A stretch of 63,867 nt of DNA, the filler included, from Folioceros fuciformis (Eukaryota), in assembly GCA_049999805.1 (NCBI GenBank). It is 17 parts of 17 records of this genome, joined end to end, with 100 filler letters (N's around TTAATTAATTAA, not from the genome) between each part and the next. Parts side by side here need not be neighbours in the genome. Positions count along the whole stretch, not along the records: positions 49,294 to 53,805 come from JBNGIO010000298.1; positions 53,906 to 62,711 come from JBNGIO010000299.1; 15 more parts are not named here. One strand, given 5' to 3'. Shown here piece by piece: positions 51,067 to 62,059 of this stretch. Position 1 is the first letter of the stretch. Every line of letters begins with the position of its first letter. The notes under the pieces were generated by a model that was not told the origin of the DNA, did not search any database, and saw only the letters and a list, made by a program, of their open reading frames with translations. Made by a program: the position numbers and the translations under genes.

Positions 51067-53805
51067 TTGGAGACAGAAGAGGCGAGGAGGCAACGCCGGG
51101 AGCTCCTGCACCTTCTCCAAACCCAGCTAGAGGCAGAGGTCCAACCGGCCGAAGGAATAGCTAGGCCTGAACCCATGAGTATTCTTGCCGAATACTACTC
51201 CGAACCAGGGACCCGGAGGCGAGGGCGGCCTCGGAAACGAGGTGAAATCGGCCTAAACGGGCCCCAACCACCTGTATCCACAGGAGGCCAGGACCCACCA
51301 GAGGAGGAGTTAGCCAGAGAATTGGCTCTATGGCAACTGGAAGGGAGGACCCACGAGGTTGAACATACTTGTGAGGAGTTGCGCAGCTCCCTCTCCGGCC
51401 AAAGCCAACAACTTTAGAAGGTCGAGGAGTCGATCGCCAAGCTCGAAGCCCAAGTGGGGGAGGGGCAAATGCGGCTAGAAAGGCAGGTGGAGGGTGTGCT
51501 CCATATGCTGGAGCAGACATCACCCCCAGGACCCTCGCCACTCTCACCCTGCCACAAGACATCCAGGCCCACTGAGTCAGCAGAGGGCACACACCATTCG
51601 ACTCCCTTGGCACCCTTGGGTCAGGCTCTTGAGGGTAGGAAGGAAGCAAGGGCCACGCCAACCATTCCTAGCGAATGTGACTTGAGCACAATAGACGAGG
51701 AACTGAAGAGGTTAGTTGTGGAACTCTTACCTGGCGAGAAGGACAACAAGGACCTCAAGGCCATGGTCAAGCACCTGCAGCTGATGAGGTATGAACACTG
51801 GGAGAACCAGCGGGGAAGAACCAACAGCGAAGCGCAAGAGGGTGAGGACTACTAGTTCAAACCCAGGCCCCAGCTAGACAAGGAGCTCCACCGAAAAATC
51901 AAGACAACTACCTTCGATGGAGGAGGCAAGGATGCCTAGAGCGTCCATGGCTGGTTAGACAAAATTGACAAGTATCTTGCTGCTTCTGACAAAGATGACC
52001 TATAGAAGATCCAGTTCTGCGTCATGTCACCGGAGGGGTATGCATACCGTTGGTGGCCCCGGCGGGAGAAACAAGTCAACCTCGGCATGGAGTCCCCGAT
52101 CTACTCTTGGCCAGTCTTCCAACATATCTTCCTCGAACAGTTCCTGCCAGTGGACCACCACAAGGACCTGTATCAGCAATTCAGGAAGATGTTCCAACAA
52201 GGCACAATTCAAGAGTATTGTGACAAGTTCTTACAACTTACCCTGGACATGCCTAGGTTGGACGAGGAAAAGAAAATTGAGAAGTTCATCGACGGGTTGA
52301 GGTTTGAGATGCGGGCAGACGTGAACCAGACAAACCCCACAACCCTGATAGAGGCCATGAAGGCGGCCATCAACTATGGCACCAACAAGTACACGCATCT
52401 CTCCTCAACAGGCCCTCCCAAGCCCAAGTGGAGCAAGTCTACCAACGCCACCGAGAAGAAGCCCTCCTTCAGAATCCTCACAAAGGAAGAGAAGGAAGAC
52501 TACAAGAAGGCCAGAAAGTGCTTTACTTGTGCAGCCTCCGGACATGGTTCGAAATCATGCCCATTCAGGAGGGACTTCATAAGCTGGCTGAAGGAGACAG
52601 GCAAGTCCACTAAGAGCGGCGTCTCCCCAGCACCTGTCAAGAGTGGACACGCCATAACCCTCACAGAGGTTAGTGAACCCACTCTAGCTGTGGCCATCAT
52701 TGATCCTGCAAGTAAACTCGGATCACTTGCTGCATGCCAGTTAGCTTACATACCTATCAAACTTGAGGTGTCGTTGGCCGGAGTATGGGCCACAGGGCTG
52801 CTTAACTCTAGGGCCAGTCATCATTATGTGTCCAAGGCAACTGTAGAACGAGCTGACTTGTCAGTCAAAGACATAGGTCAGGTCTCCACAGTGGTCACAG
52901 CCGTAGGCGAGAAGGAGACAAGTAGAGAACAGTGGACAGAAGTAGAGCTTACCTTTCCAAGAGGGTTCAAGGAGGTTCTCAAGCTCACCGTGATGCCCTC
53001 GCTCTACCAGGACCTGATCATAGGCAAGCCTTGGTTAGCCAGTCACTCGGATCAGCTGGAGGTAGACTGGAAGAAAAATGTTGTTCACCTCCTGCAAGAC
53101 CATCAGACATACGTCATGCAGGGGGAACAGTACCTCCCTGACAAGCAACTGTTTGTTGTCTCTGCTCTCAATAAAGCAACTACCATGGGCAGATTCCTGT
53201 ACATAGAAAAGCTCAAGAAGGTGCTTCCCTTAGAAGGCACTGCGGAGTCAAGGGCCGCACAAGCAAAGGTCCACGAGGACCAGCTCTCACAGCCCATGAA
53301 GGACCTACTCCAAGAGTATCACGATGTGTTTGCTGAACCCACAGAGCTCCCTCCTCGAAGAACCGTGGACCATGCCATTGAGCTGCTGCCATGCCACAAA
53401 CCAGTTAGTATCCAGCCCTACAGGACATCTACAATGGAAAACGAAGAGATCAAAAAACAGGTTGATGAGTTCTTACAGAAGGGTTTTGTACAACCTTTTG
53501 TGTCACCCTTTGGTGCTCCAGTCCTCTTGGTTGCCAAACCAGATGGAGGATGGCGGCTGTGCGTAGACTATCGAGGGCTTAATCGAGCCACAGTGAGAAA
53601 CGTCTACTTGCCAAGGATTGACGAGATCCTCGACCAGTTGCGTGGAGCCAAGCTGTTCACCAAGATTGATCTCAGATCTGGCTTCCACCAGATCCGGATT
53701 AGGTCAGGAGATGAACACAAAACAGCCTTTTGAACTCGACATGGCCATTTTGAATTTAGGGTAATGCCGTTTGGTCTTACCAATGCCCCTGCCACCTTCC
53801 AGTGT
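51067..53805 (+). mobile_element. Ty3/Gypsy chromovirus-like gag-PR-RT, with stops, cut by gap
   Basis: One frame: [28 protein letters not shown], mutated [62 protein letters not shown]. Confidence 0.92.
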
Positions 53806-54699
53806 NNNNNNNNNNNNNNNNNNNNNNNNNNNNNNNNNNNNNNNNNNNNTTAATTAATTAANNNNNNNNNNNNNNNNNNNNNNNNNNNNNNNNNNNNNNN
53901 NNNNNCTCCTCCAGCTCGCAGGTGAGTGCGCCGGGAGGGCCTCCCGCCGCTGTCCCGTCCTCTGGTGAATGCAATTTGTGTCGCGCGCGGGGCTCGCTTC
54001 TGTGACGAGAAGCTAACGCACCGGCCGGTAATCCCGATCTCGCCTCACTGCTCAGTCCCGGCATTTCTGCCAGATTGAGGCGCGGAGCGGAGAGGCGCGG
54101 AGGAGCCATGAGCTCGTCTCTGTACTTGTACCAGGATAACCTTTATTATCTGAGGTTTGTGGTGCTGTGCTCTCTATGCTCTGTCCTGGCCCTGCTTTTT
54201 GTGCTGCGAGCTATGCGGGTCGGTGATGTCGGATGCTTTTTTCTTTTTTTCCCCTTGCGCTTTCCTGCTCTGCATAGATCTGGCTGCGGCTTTCTTGCGA
54301 GGCTGGGAGGACCATGTTTAATTTCTGTGGCCGTACTGGTGCATTCAGCTTGCGGAGTGGCATGCAGGCGGAAGCGCGGTTTTCTGATAGTCTGCATGGG
54401 TATCCGCCGTCTGGAGTAGGGGAGTTGCTGGTTTTGGAGCGGGTGCTGACATTGGTGTGGCAAAGTCGTGTTGTGTTGAGATGTCCACTGTTGTGTGACG
54501 TGTCCTGTGTTTTGCCGACGTTGTTGCTGGCCCGCTTATGATGATGCGCGCTGTTTGTGGTTGGCGTTGCCTTTTGCTTTTGTGATTAATCCGGGGTATA
54601 GGGATCAGGGAGATTGGGAGACAGGGAGCTAGCTTTTTTCCCTCCTTCTTCTAACTGTGTGGTCTGGTCTGGTCTGGTCTCTGGCCTTGCCGTGTGCAG

Positions 54700-56029
54700 T
54701 GGAAACCAGGGATGGGTCGCGTCCAGCGGCGCTGACGTTAATGAGTCGCCCAAGGTTGGTGGGAGCAGCAACAGCGGGTCGCCTCCGACCAGCTGTGTGA
54801 GTCAGGGAGAAATAAGCCAAGCTAGTGAGGGTAGCAGGACGTCTGGGTTGGGTTGTGTGAAGACCACAGCCATGAAGAAAGGAGGGAATGGTAGTGGAGG
54901 AACGGGTGTAGGCATGGGGGGCATGCCGAAAAAAATGGCAGGGAGCTTGCCTGGGGCTTCGCAGCAGGCGTCGCTAGTAGCGTCGCTGCAGGCGGAGGCT
55001 GTGAGGCAGCAACAAGTTGTGTCCACAACATTTGTAGAAGCTGACACGTCCAGCTTTAGGGAGCTGGTGCAAAAGCTGACTGGAGTGTCTGAGGATTCTC
55101 AGGACAAGCTTCCCATCACTATGCCGTCCAGGCATGTGAGTAGGGATACCAGTGGCCAGCGCGACACCTTTAACATGCTTAACAATCATAGGGATAGCAG
55201 TGGGATGACATGGGAAATCCCTCGTGATGCCTCCACTGTGTATAACCATCTACACCAGAGTCGGGAGATGATGATGCCGACTGGAAACCATCAGGAGTTC
55301 AGGCAGGGGATAAATCAGCGGGATGTCACCAACATGATGTATGACGATAGGGGCTTTGGGAGGAACCCCATGAGCCAAGAAGCCTTTGCCAACTGGGAGA
55401 AACTGATTGCTGGCAGGAACCTACCGGGAGGGCTCAGCCATGCGGAACCTTACAGAACCGTCTCCAACGTTGAACCGTTGGCTGTTAGGAGATCTGCTCT
55501 CAAGCTTCATGACAGGAAGCTAATGAGCAAGAAACTGGAGCTTAAGCAGGGGGCCATCTTGAGACGTGATGGTGGAGGAAACTCACTTTTTCCTGGTGGT
55601 TGGACTGGTCATCCGGGTTTATCTCCCAGATCTGAGATTGAGCACAGCCCTGTCACTCCTTTGGCCCGTGACCCTTTTGATTCTCACTTGTACAGCCCTG
55701 CGACACCCACATCGTACGAGACCAGCAGTGGTGCCACTGTTTCCGCACAGATGGGGCCCGAAGGATGCAGCCCAAGCACGGCAGTTTCGGGGTATAACAC
55801 TTGTCTGAACGTCATCCAGCATCTTGAGAACCGTGGCAGGTGCGTTGCACAGGATGTTGTCGAGGAGCCCCCAAGCTCTAACTTGGGTCTGATGCCGAAC
55901 GAGAGTAGGTCCTTTGCAGAAGCTGAAAGGGAGTATGTGCTGCATCCGCCGTTAGAGAGACGAAATGGCGAGCCGCAGCTTTTGACCCTTTTTCCACTTC
56001 ATTCTTCGCATGCTTCTGAGAAGTCCTGA
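54700..56029 (+). CDS. VQ-motif protein (VQ4/MVQ1-like group); first in-frame ATG 54872, possible upstream exon ending 53921
   Basis: TTFVEADTSSFRELVQKLTG, KLHDRK, LSP..SPVTPL and C-terminal YVLHP..EPQLLTLFP. Confidence 0.88.
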
Positions 56030-57413
56030 GCGTACGTCCCTATTGGAGTGAATGTTTTTGAATTTGGTTTGCTGCTGGATCATCTCGGCGGTGAGCTCCG
56101 AGGCCTGTCTGGCAGCACCCAGGCTCGTATTTGCATGTGCAACAGGAATGCGTGGTGGGCAGTGTAGCTGCATGACGGATAAAAGAGTCATTGACGGTAG
56201 CAGAAGATTTCCTTAATTTCCGGCGTTGAGCCTGTGAATTGAGCTGGTCGAAGGACCTCTTCCATGTGGCTGGCGTGCTGGAGAGAGTGAAGATCAGCAG
56301 ACAGGCTTGAACCTTGTGGTGGACGGTTAGGCAGAAGGCGTCTGCCTTTTGCTGGCCGTCTCTTGTAGGCCGGTGATGATTGAATTGCTCGTCAATCCTT
56401 TGGCCGCATCGTCGTGTGTAGAATGCCGTTGCAATAGAGCAAAACTGTTGTGGAACTCTTTTCTACCTCTTTCGCAATGAACCAACACTAGTGAGGGAAA
56501 ACAAGTGATAAGAAGGAAAGGGAGGTGTGGGTGGAATAGCCAAGTCATTATAGTGTGCTCTTCTCCCAGGGACCTTGACCGTCTTGAGGATTGGTTAACG
56601 GCGTAGAACGTTCGTTATGCGTCATCGAGATGTCTCGCATCTTACTTATGCCTAGGTCCTAAAGGCCTAGGCTTGGAACTTCCTACAACTACAAAAAACA
56701 GTGTTACAGCACGTCTAGATATGTATGAATGCTACACGTTTGAATACGAAATTAGAAGTCTTACCACCTATTTCTCAATCGTGGAGTTGGCCAAGTACGA
56801 TTTCTTCACCTAAATCATGTGTCCCTCAAATCACTCCTAAGTCCAACTTCAACCTTGAAGAAGAGATGGCCTACCATTCGACCGGTGCCTATTGTCCCAG
56901 GATGATTAGAGACAGCGAAGGGCCTGGACGGTTAACTGGGGATCCGGTGTGGTAGCCCAACTATGACCAAACCACAAATACTTCGTCTTGAGATAAGTTT
57001 CTTTAATAAAGTGTCTTCATTGCCGTAAATTCCTGTGATTCAATGTCACCAAGTTCATCACCATGGTCTTGTCGAGTAGATGAAACCATGCGTAGAAGAG
57101 GATGAGGAAGGTGTTCTAGGCAGTTCTTTCAGGATGGGGCGGAGGACATGATGCGAAAGTATCCCCTTCGAACATATCCTACATGCTACACACAGGAAAC
57201 GTCTTCTACCTGCGATAGAGGAAATTTGGACTACTTGAGGAACGACGTTTGTGGTCTGACCTGCATTCGGTGGTTGTTGCATCCGTTGATCCAGCGTGCC
57301 ATGGCTGTCTGCAGTGTGTTAATGTATGTTCCAGGAAGAGTGGCTGCTCACCCGACTTCAAGGAACCAAGCAAGGTGCAGGGCCTCGGGAATTGAGCCAG
57401 CTCGACCCAGAGG

Positions 57414-60400
57414 ATGCCTGGCTGGAGACGGTTCTGCCAACGATGGTGGTCGTCACGGTCCTACAAGGGAGTGTGCCGGGACGAACTGTACGGTACAGCA
57501 CGAGCTGATGTGCAGCTTGCTGGTATTGATGGGGAGTTGGGTCGTCGGGCCTCCAAATTGGAATGGAGGTCGGGGGATGATCAGTCAGCGTTCGGAAGGG
57601 GCGTAACGGCTGAAACCGTGAGCAAGTTATGTCGCGAGGGATATCTTCAAGAGGCTGTGGAGGCTTTGGGCGTTCTAGTACAGACAGATTGTTGCATTTC
57701 CAACCACCTGTTGTACACTGTTCTGAAGAAATGTGTGGATGAGAAGGATCTGGTGCTGGGTCGCCGCGTTCATGTTTTGACGGTGAAGAAAGGGTTCCAA
57801 TCGGACACGTTTCTGAGCACCCATATCGTTCGGATGTATGCCTCGCATGGCAAGTTGCAAGACGCGATGGATGTGTTTCAAATGGTTGGAAAACCAGATG
57901 GTTTCATGTGGTGTGCCATAATTTCTGCGCATGTTAAGCATGGACAGGACCATGCCGCCATAGACCTGTATCATCGGATGCGCAGATCAAATGTGAAGGC
58001 AGATGGCCATGTGTTTGCGGCAGCCCTTCAGGCTTGTGCGAGGGGTTCAGATTTGAAAACTGGGCAGCAGGTGCATGCCGATGTGCTGGCCAACGGTGTC
58101 GAGTCCGATGTGTTTGTCTGTAGCTGCTTGGTGGACATGTATGTGAAGTGTGGCAGCTTACACCGTGCCCAGCTTCTTTTTGATGGACTAGTGCACAAGA
58201 ATGTGGTCACGTGGAATACCATACTAGCGGGATATTCTCAACAGGGCAAGGGACTGGAAGCCCTGCGTCTGTACGGGGCTATGCAAGACGAAGGCATGGT
58301 TGCACCGGATTCTGTGACATTTGTCTGCCTCTTGCAGGCATGTGCAAGTGTGGGCACCCCAGCTTTGGAGAAGGGTAAGGAGCTTCATGCCCAAGTAAGA
58401 GAACGAGGATACGAAACTGATCTGTTTGTTGCAAACAGTTTGGTGAGCATGTATGCAAAGTGTGGCAGCTTGCAAGAGGCTCGAAACGTTTTTGACGAAC
58501 TTGGACAAAAGGACGTGGTCACATGGAATGCCATGACGGCGGCTTATTCCCAACAGGGCATGGGCCTCAAAGCCCTTGATCTCTACACTGTGATGCAGGA
58601 GACCGGCATCACTCTACCCAATTCTGTTACCTTTGTTTGTCTCCTCCAGGCATGTGCAAGTTTGGGATCATCAGCGTTGGAGACAGGAAAGGCGCTTCAC
58701 ATAGACATTAGAAAACGAGGACATGAAAATGATGGCTTTGTTGCCAACAGTTTGGTCGACATGTATGCAAAATGTGGCAGCTTGTCAGCTGCTCAGAGGG
58801 TGTTTGACACACTCGGCCACAAAGATGTGGTGTCATGGAATACCTTGATAACGGGATATTCCCATTCGGGCATGGGCCAGGAAGCCCTCAATCTCTACAG
58901 GGCTATGCAAGAAGAAGGTACTGTTGTACCCAATTCTGTGACGTTTGTGTGTCTACTGCAGGCGTGTGCAACCGTGGGCCGCCCAGCTTTGGAGAAGGGA
59001 AAGCAGCTCCATGTGCAAATTAGAAAACAAGGATATCAAGGCGATGTGTTTGTCACAAACAGCTTAGTGAACATGTATGCCAAGTGTGGCAGCCTGAAAG
59101 ATGCGCAGAGAGTGTTTGACGAACTTGATCAGAAGGATGTGGTGACCTGGACTGCCCTAATTGCCGGATACTCCCAGCAGGGCATGGGCCGGGAAGCCCT
59201 TTGTCTTTACGGTGCTATGCAAGAAGAAGGAATTGCTTTGCCCAATTGTGTGACGTTTGCGTGCCTTCTGCAGGCATGTGCAAGTGTGGGCAGTGCAGCT
59301 TTGGGCATAGGACAGAAGCTGCATGCTCAAATTAGAGAACGAGGGTATCAAGCTGATTCTTTTGTTGGAAGCAGTTTAGTCAACATGTATGCAAAGTGTG
59401 GCAGCTTGGAAGATGCTGAGAGTGCGTTTGCACTACTTGGTGAACAAGATGTGGTGGCATGGACTGCTTTGATTGCAGGGTATTCCCAGCAGGGCAGGGG
59501 TCAGGAAGCCCTTCATCTCTACAACATTATGCAAGAAAAATGTATTGGTGTACCCAATTGTGTGACGTTTGTGTGTCTCCTGCAGGCCTGTGCAAGTGTA
59601 GGCAACCCTGCCTTGGCAAAAGGGAAGGAGCTTCATGTGCAAATCAGGGAACGAGGACATGAAGCTGATGTGTCGGTAGCTAACAGTTTGATAAATATGT
59701 ATGCTAAGTGTGGCAGCCTGGAAGATGCAAGGAGATTATTTGATGACCTGGGTGAGAGGGATGTGGTGACATGGACTGTGCTGATTGCAGCATATTCTCA
59801 GCAGGGCATGGGCCAAGAAGCCCTTTTCCTTCACAGTGGTATGCAAGCAGAAGGCATTGCTGTACCGAATTCTGTGACATTTGTGTGCCTTCTGCAGGCG
59901 TGTGCAAGCATCGGCGCCCCAGCGTTGGAGACAGGGAAACATATTCATGAACACATTAGAGAACTAGGACATCAAGCTGATGTGTTTGTTTCCAATAGTT
60001 TAGTGAACATGTATGCAAAGTGTGGTAGTCTGGAAGATGCCCAGTCTGTGTTTGACGGACTTGGTCATAAGGATGTGGTAGCATGGACAGCTCTAATTGC
60101 AGGTTATTCCGAGCAGGGGATGGGGCAGGAGGCCCTTCGTCGTTACAACGCAATGCAAGAAGACGGTGTCACTGTGCCGGATGCTGTTACTTTTGTCTGC
60201 CTCTTGCAGGCGTGTGCAAATGTAGCTGCGTTGCATATGGGAAGACGGCTACATGCACAGATCGAGGAAGGGGGGCTTCAAGCTGATTTCTCTGTAGCCA
60301 CCAGTTTGATTAACATGTACGGAAAGTGTGGCAGTATGGTTGATGCACAGCAAGTATTTGATGCTTTGCCTGAAAAAAATGACGTTGCCTGGAGTGCACT

Positions 60401-61052
60401 GATCGCAGGCTACACCTGCCAAGGACACATTGACGTGGTTTTTGACTTGGTCCACATGATGAAAGAGGATGGCATACAGCCAGTTGGCATCACTTTCCTG
60501 AGTCTCCTAACAGCATGCAGCCACGCTGGTCTAGTGAATAAGGGCAAAGAATACTTTGAGACAATGAGCACACAATACGGGATCACTCCCACCGTGGAGC
60601 ACTACACATGCATGGTGGATCTCCTGGGCCGCGCAGGCCTTCCGAAGGAGGCTTTATCTTTGATCAGAAGAATGCCTGCATCCCCTAATGCTGCAGTTTG
60701 GCACACTCTGTTGGGTGCTTGTCAAAAGTGGAACGATGTGCAGGTGGGACGCCATGCCTTCCGCGAAGCAATGAATCTGGACAAGAAAGATGCTGCAGCA
60801 TATGTGTTAATGTCTAACATATACACCGGTGCCAGAATGTGGGAACAGGCACAGAAGGTGCAGGAGATGAGAAAAAGAGTGAGAGCCCGCAAGCCACGGG
60901 GTCGAAGCTGCTGGACGGACATGGAAGGTCAGGTCCACAACTTTTTTGTTGGGAGTGACCAGCATCCCAGGGTGAACCGAAGAAAAGGTGTGTCATGTCT
61001 AGGAAGACATTCTGATTATGAAAAGGAAGGTTTCTTGTGTGGGCACAGCTAA
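57414..61052 (+). CDS. PLS-class PPR protein (organellar RNA-editing factor type) with E domain and truncated DYW
   Basis: 1212-aa intronless ORF with repeated SLVxMYAKCGSL, DVVxWxALIAGY and TFVCLLQACA; S2 EHYTCMVDLLGRAG; E AAYVLMSNIY; PG-box-like KPRGRSCWTD; ends LCGHS*. Confidence 0.95.
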   Translation: MPGWRRFCQRWWSSRSYKGVCRDELYGTARADVQLAGIDGELGRRASKLEWRSGDDQSAFGRGVTAETVSKLCREGYLQEAVEALGVLVQTDCCISNHLLYTVLKKCVDEKDLVLGRRVHVLTVKKGFQSDTFLSTHIVRMYASHGKLQDAMDVFQMVGKPDGFMWCAIISAHVKHGQDHAAIDLYHRMRRSNVKADGHVFAAALQACARGSDLKTGQQVHADVLANGVESDVFVCSCLVDMYVKCGSLHRAQLLFDGLVHKNVVTWNTILAGYSQQGKGLEALRLYGAMQDEGMVAPDSVTFVCLLQACASVGTPALEKGKELHAQVRERGYETDLFVANSLVSMYAKCGSLQEARNVFDELGQKDVVTWNAMTAAYSQQGMGLKALDLYTVMQETGITLPNSVTFVCLLQACASLGSSALETGKALHIDIRKRGHENDGFVANSLVDMYAKCGSLSAAQRVFDTLGHKDVVSWNTLITGYSHSGMGQEALNLYRAMQEEGTVVPNSVTFVCLLQACATVGRPALEKGKQLHVQIRKQGYQGDVFVTNSLVNMYAKCGSLKDAQRVFDELDQKDVVTWTALIAGYSQQGMGREALCLYGAMQEEGIALPNCVTFACLLQACASVGSAALGIGQKLHAQIRERGYQADSFVGSSLVNMYAKCGSLEDAESAFALLGEQDVVAWTALIAGYSQQGRGQEALHLYNIMQEKCIGVPNCVTFVCLLQACASVGNPALAKGKELHVQIRERGHEADVSVANSLINMYAKCGSLEDARRLFDDLGERDVVTWTVLIAAYSQQGMGQEALFLHSGMQAEGIAVPNSVTFVCLLQACASIGAPALETGKHIHEHIRELGHQADVFVSNSLVNMYAKCGSLEDAQSVFDGLGHKDVVAWTALIAGYSEQGMGQEALRRYNAMQEDGVTVPDAVTFVCLLQACANVAALHMGRRLHAQIEEGGLQADFSVATSLINMYGKCGSMVDAQQVFDALPEKNDVAWSALIAGYTCQGHIDVVFDLVHMMKEDGIQPVGITFLSLLTACSHAGLVNKGKEYFETMSTQYGITPTVEHYTCMVDLLGRAGLPKEALSLIRRMPASPNAAVWHTLLGACQKWNDVQVGRHAFREAMNLDKKDAAAYVLMSNIYTGARMWEQAQKVQEMRKRVRARKPRGRSCWTDMEGQVHNFFVGSDQHPRVNRRKGVSCLGRHSDYEKEGFLCGHS

Positions 61053-61329
61053 GAGCTGGGCCATTTTAAACACAGGTTATCAGGAGACTCCCATGAAACT
61101 TGCCGTCTCTACAGGTCCCAGGGCTATTGAACATAAATGTACCACTGATTGTGGTACATTTATGTCTCTCCCTCAGGCTCGTGCAAGTTCGGGAGTCTCC
61201 CGGGCCTCGCAAAAGGGGAAGCAGCGTCCTGGTTTAAGGAGGAGGACATGACAGTGACATTATTTGTAGCCATTGCGCTAGCTGTCAGAAAGGCTTTCAC
61301 AGCAGAGGAGACGGACACTCGAGGTCCAA

Positions 61330-62059
61330 GACATTGAACAGCTCCAATCTGCGAAACTTGGTTATCGGGCCTCCGCAAAGTTTTGTCCCCTAAGCAGCGC
61401 ATCCTTGAAGCCTTTCTTACAGCCAGCGCAATGGTCCTTCTGTCCACCATGCCCAGTACCGGTAGACATCGCACGAGCATTCAGAAATCACACCAGCTCC
61501 GAATACAGTAGCGCGCCACAAATTTCCAGCTATTTCTTTGTTTAAACTGTGACCTCTATTTAGATTCGTAGTTCCTCTGCTTTCACCTGTGTCAAGTTAG
61601 AAGCTCTTGTCAGATGTTCTTGCAGAGGAGTAGTCGCTTGCAGGGCCCGTTCGGCGCAGTTGGTCGCAGAGTCCATTTGGGGACAGTCGAGTGCAGAGAT
61701 TGCAGGTTTCTGGTCGTGTGTCGAATTCATTTCCCGCTGTTGCTGCACAGCCAATGTCAAGACAACCATTTTTCCATGTTGTTTGAAAGCGTTCTTCTTC
61801 GGAATCACCCACGATTTTGACGCTTGCTCCGAACAGCAGGATGTCCAATCGAACACCGGAGGCACAAAGCTGGATAAAGTCTCGTTCAAACAAGCATGGG
61901 ATAAGCTGGAAACCGACCTTGATAAGATAAACGTTCGATGGTACAGGTCATATTGTCTGCGTTGATCCTTGTCCATGACCAGCTCGTAGGCTGCCTGAAT
62001 CTTGATTAATTGACCTTCGGCTGTTTCTCCGTCCAGTAGCTCTGTGCTACCATCATGAA
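61330..62059 (-). CDS. DnaJ-family protein, C-terminal exons (At1g77930-like), divergent or pseudogenic
   Basis: After a CCAG acceptor: HDGSTELLDGETAEGQLIKIQAAYELVMDKDQRRQYD, then ASKSW..KKNAFKQHGKM..QQQREMN. No HPD exon in this contig. The 3' end is uncertain. Confidence 0.65.
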
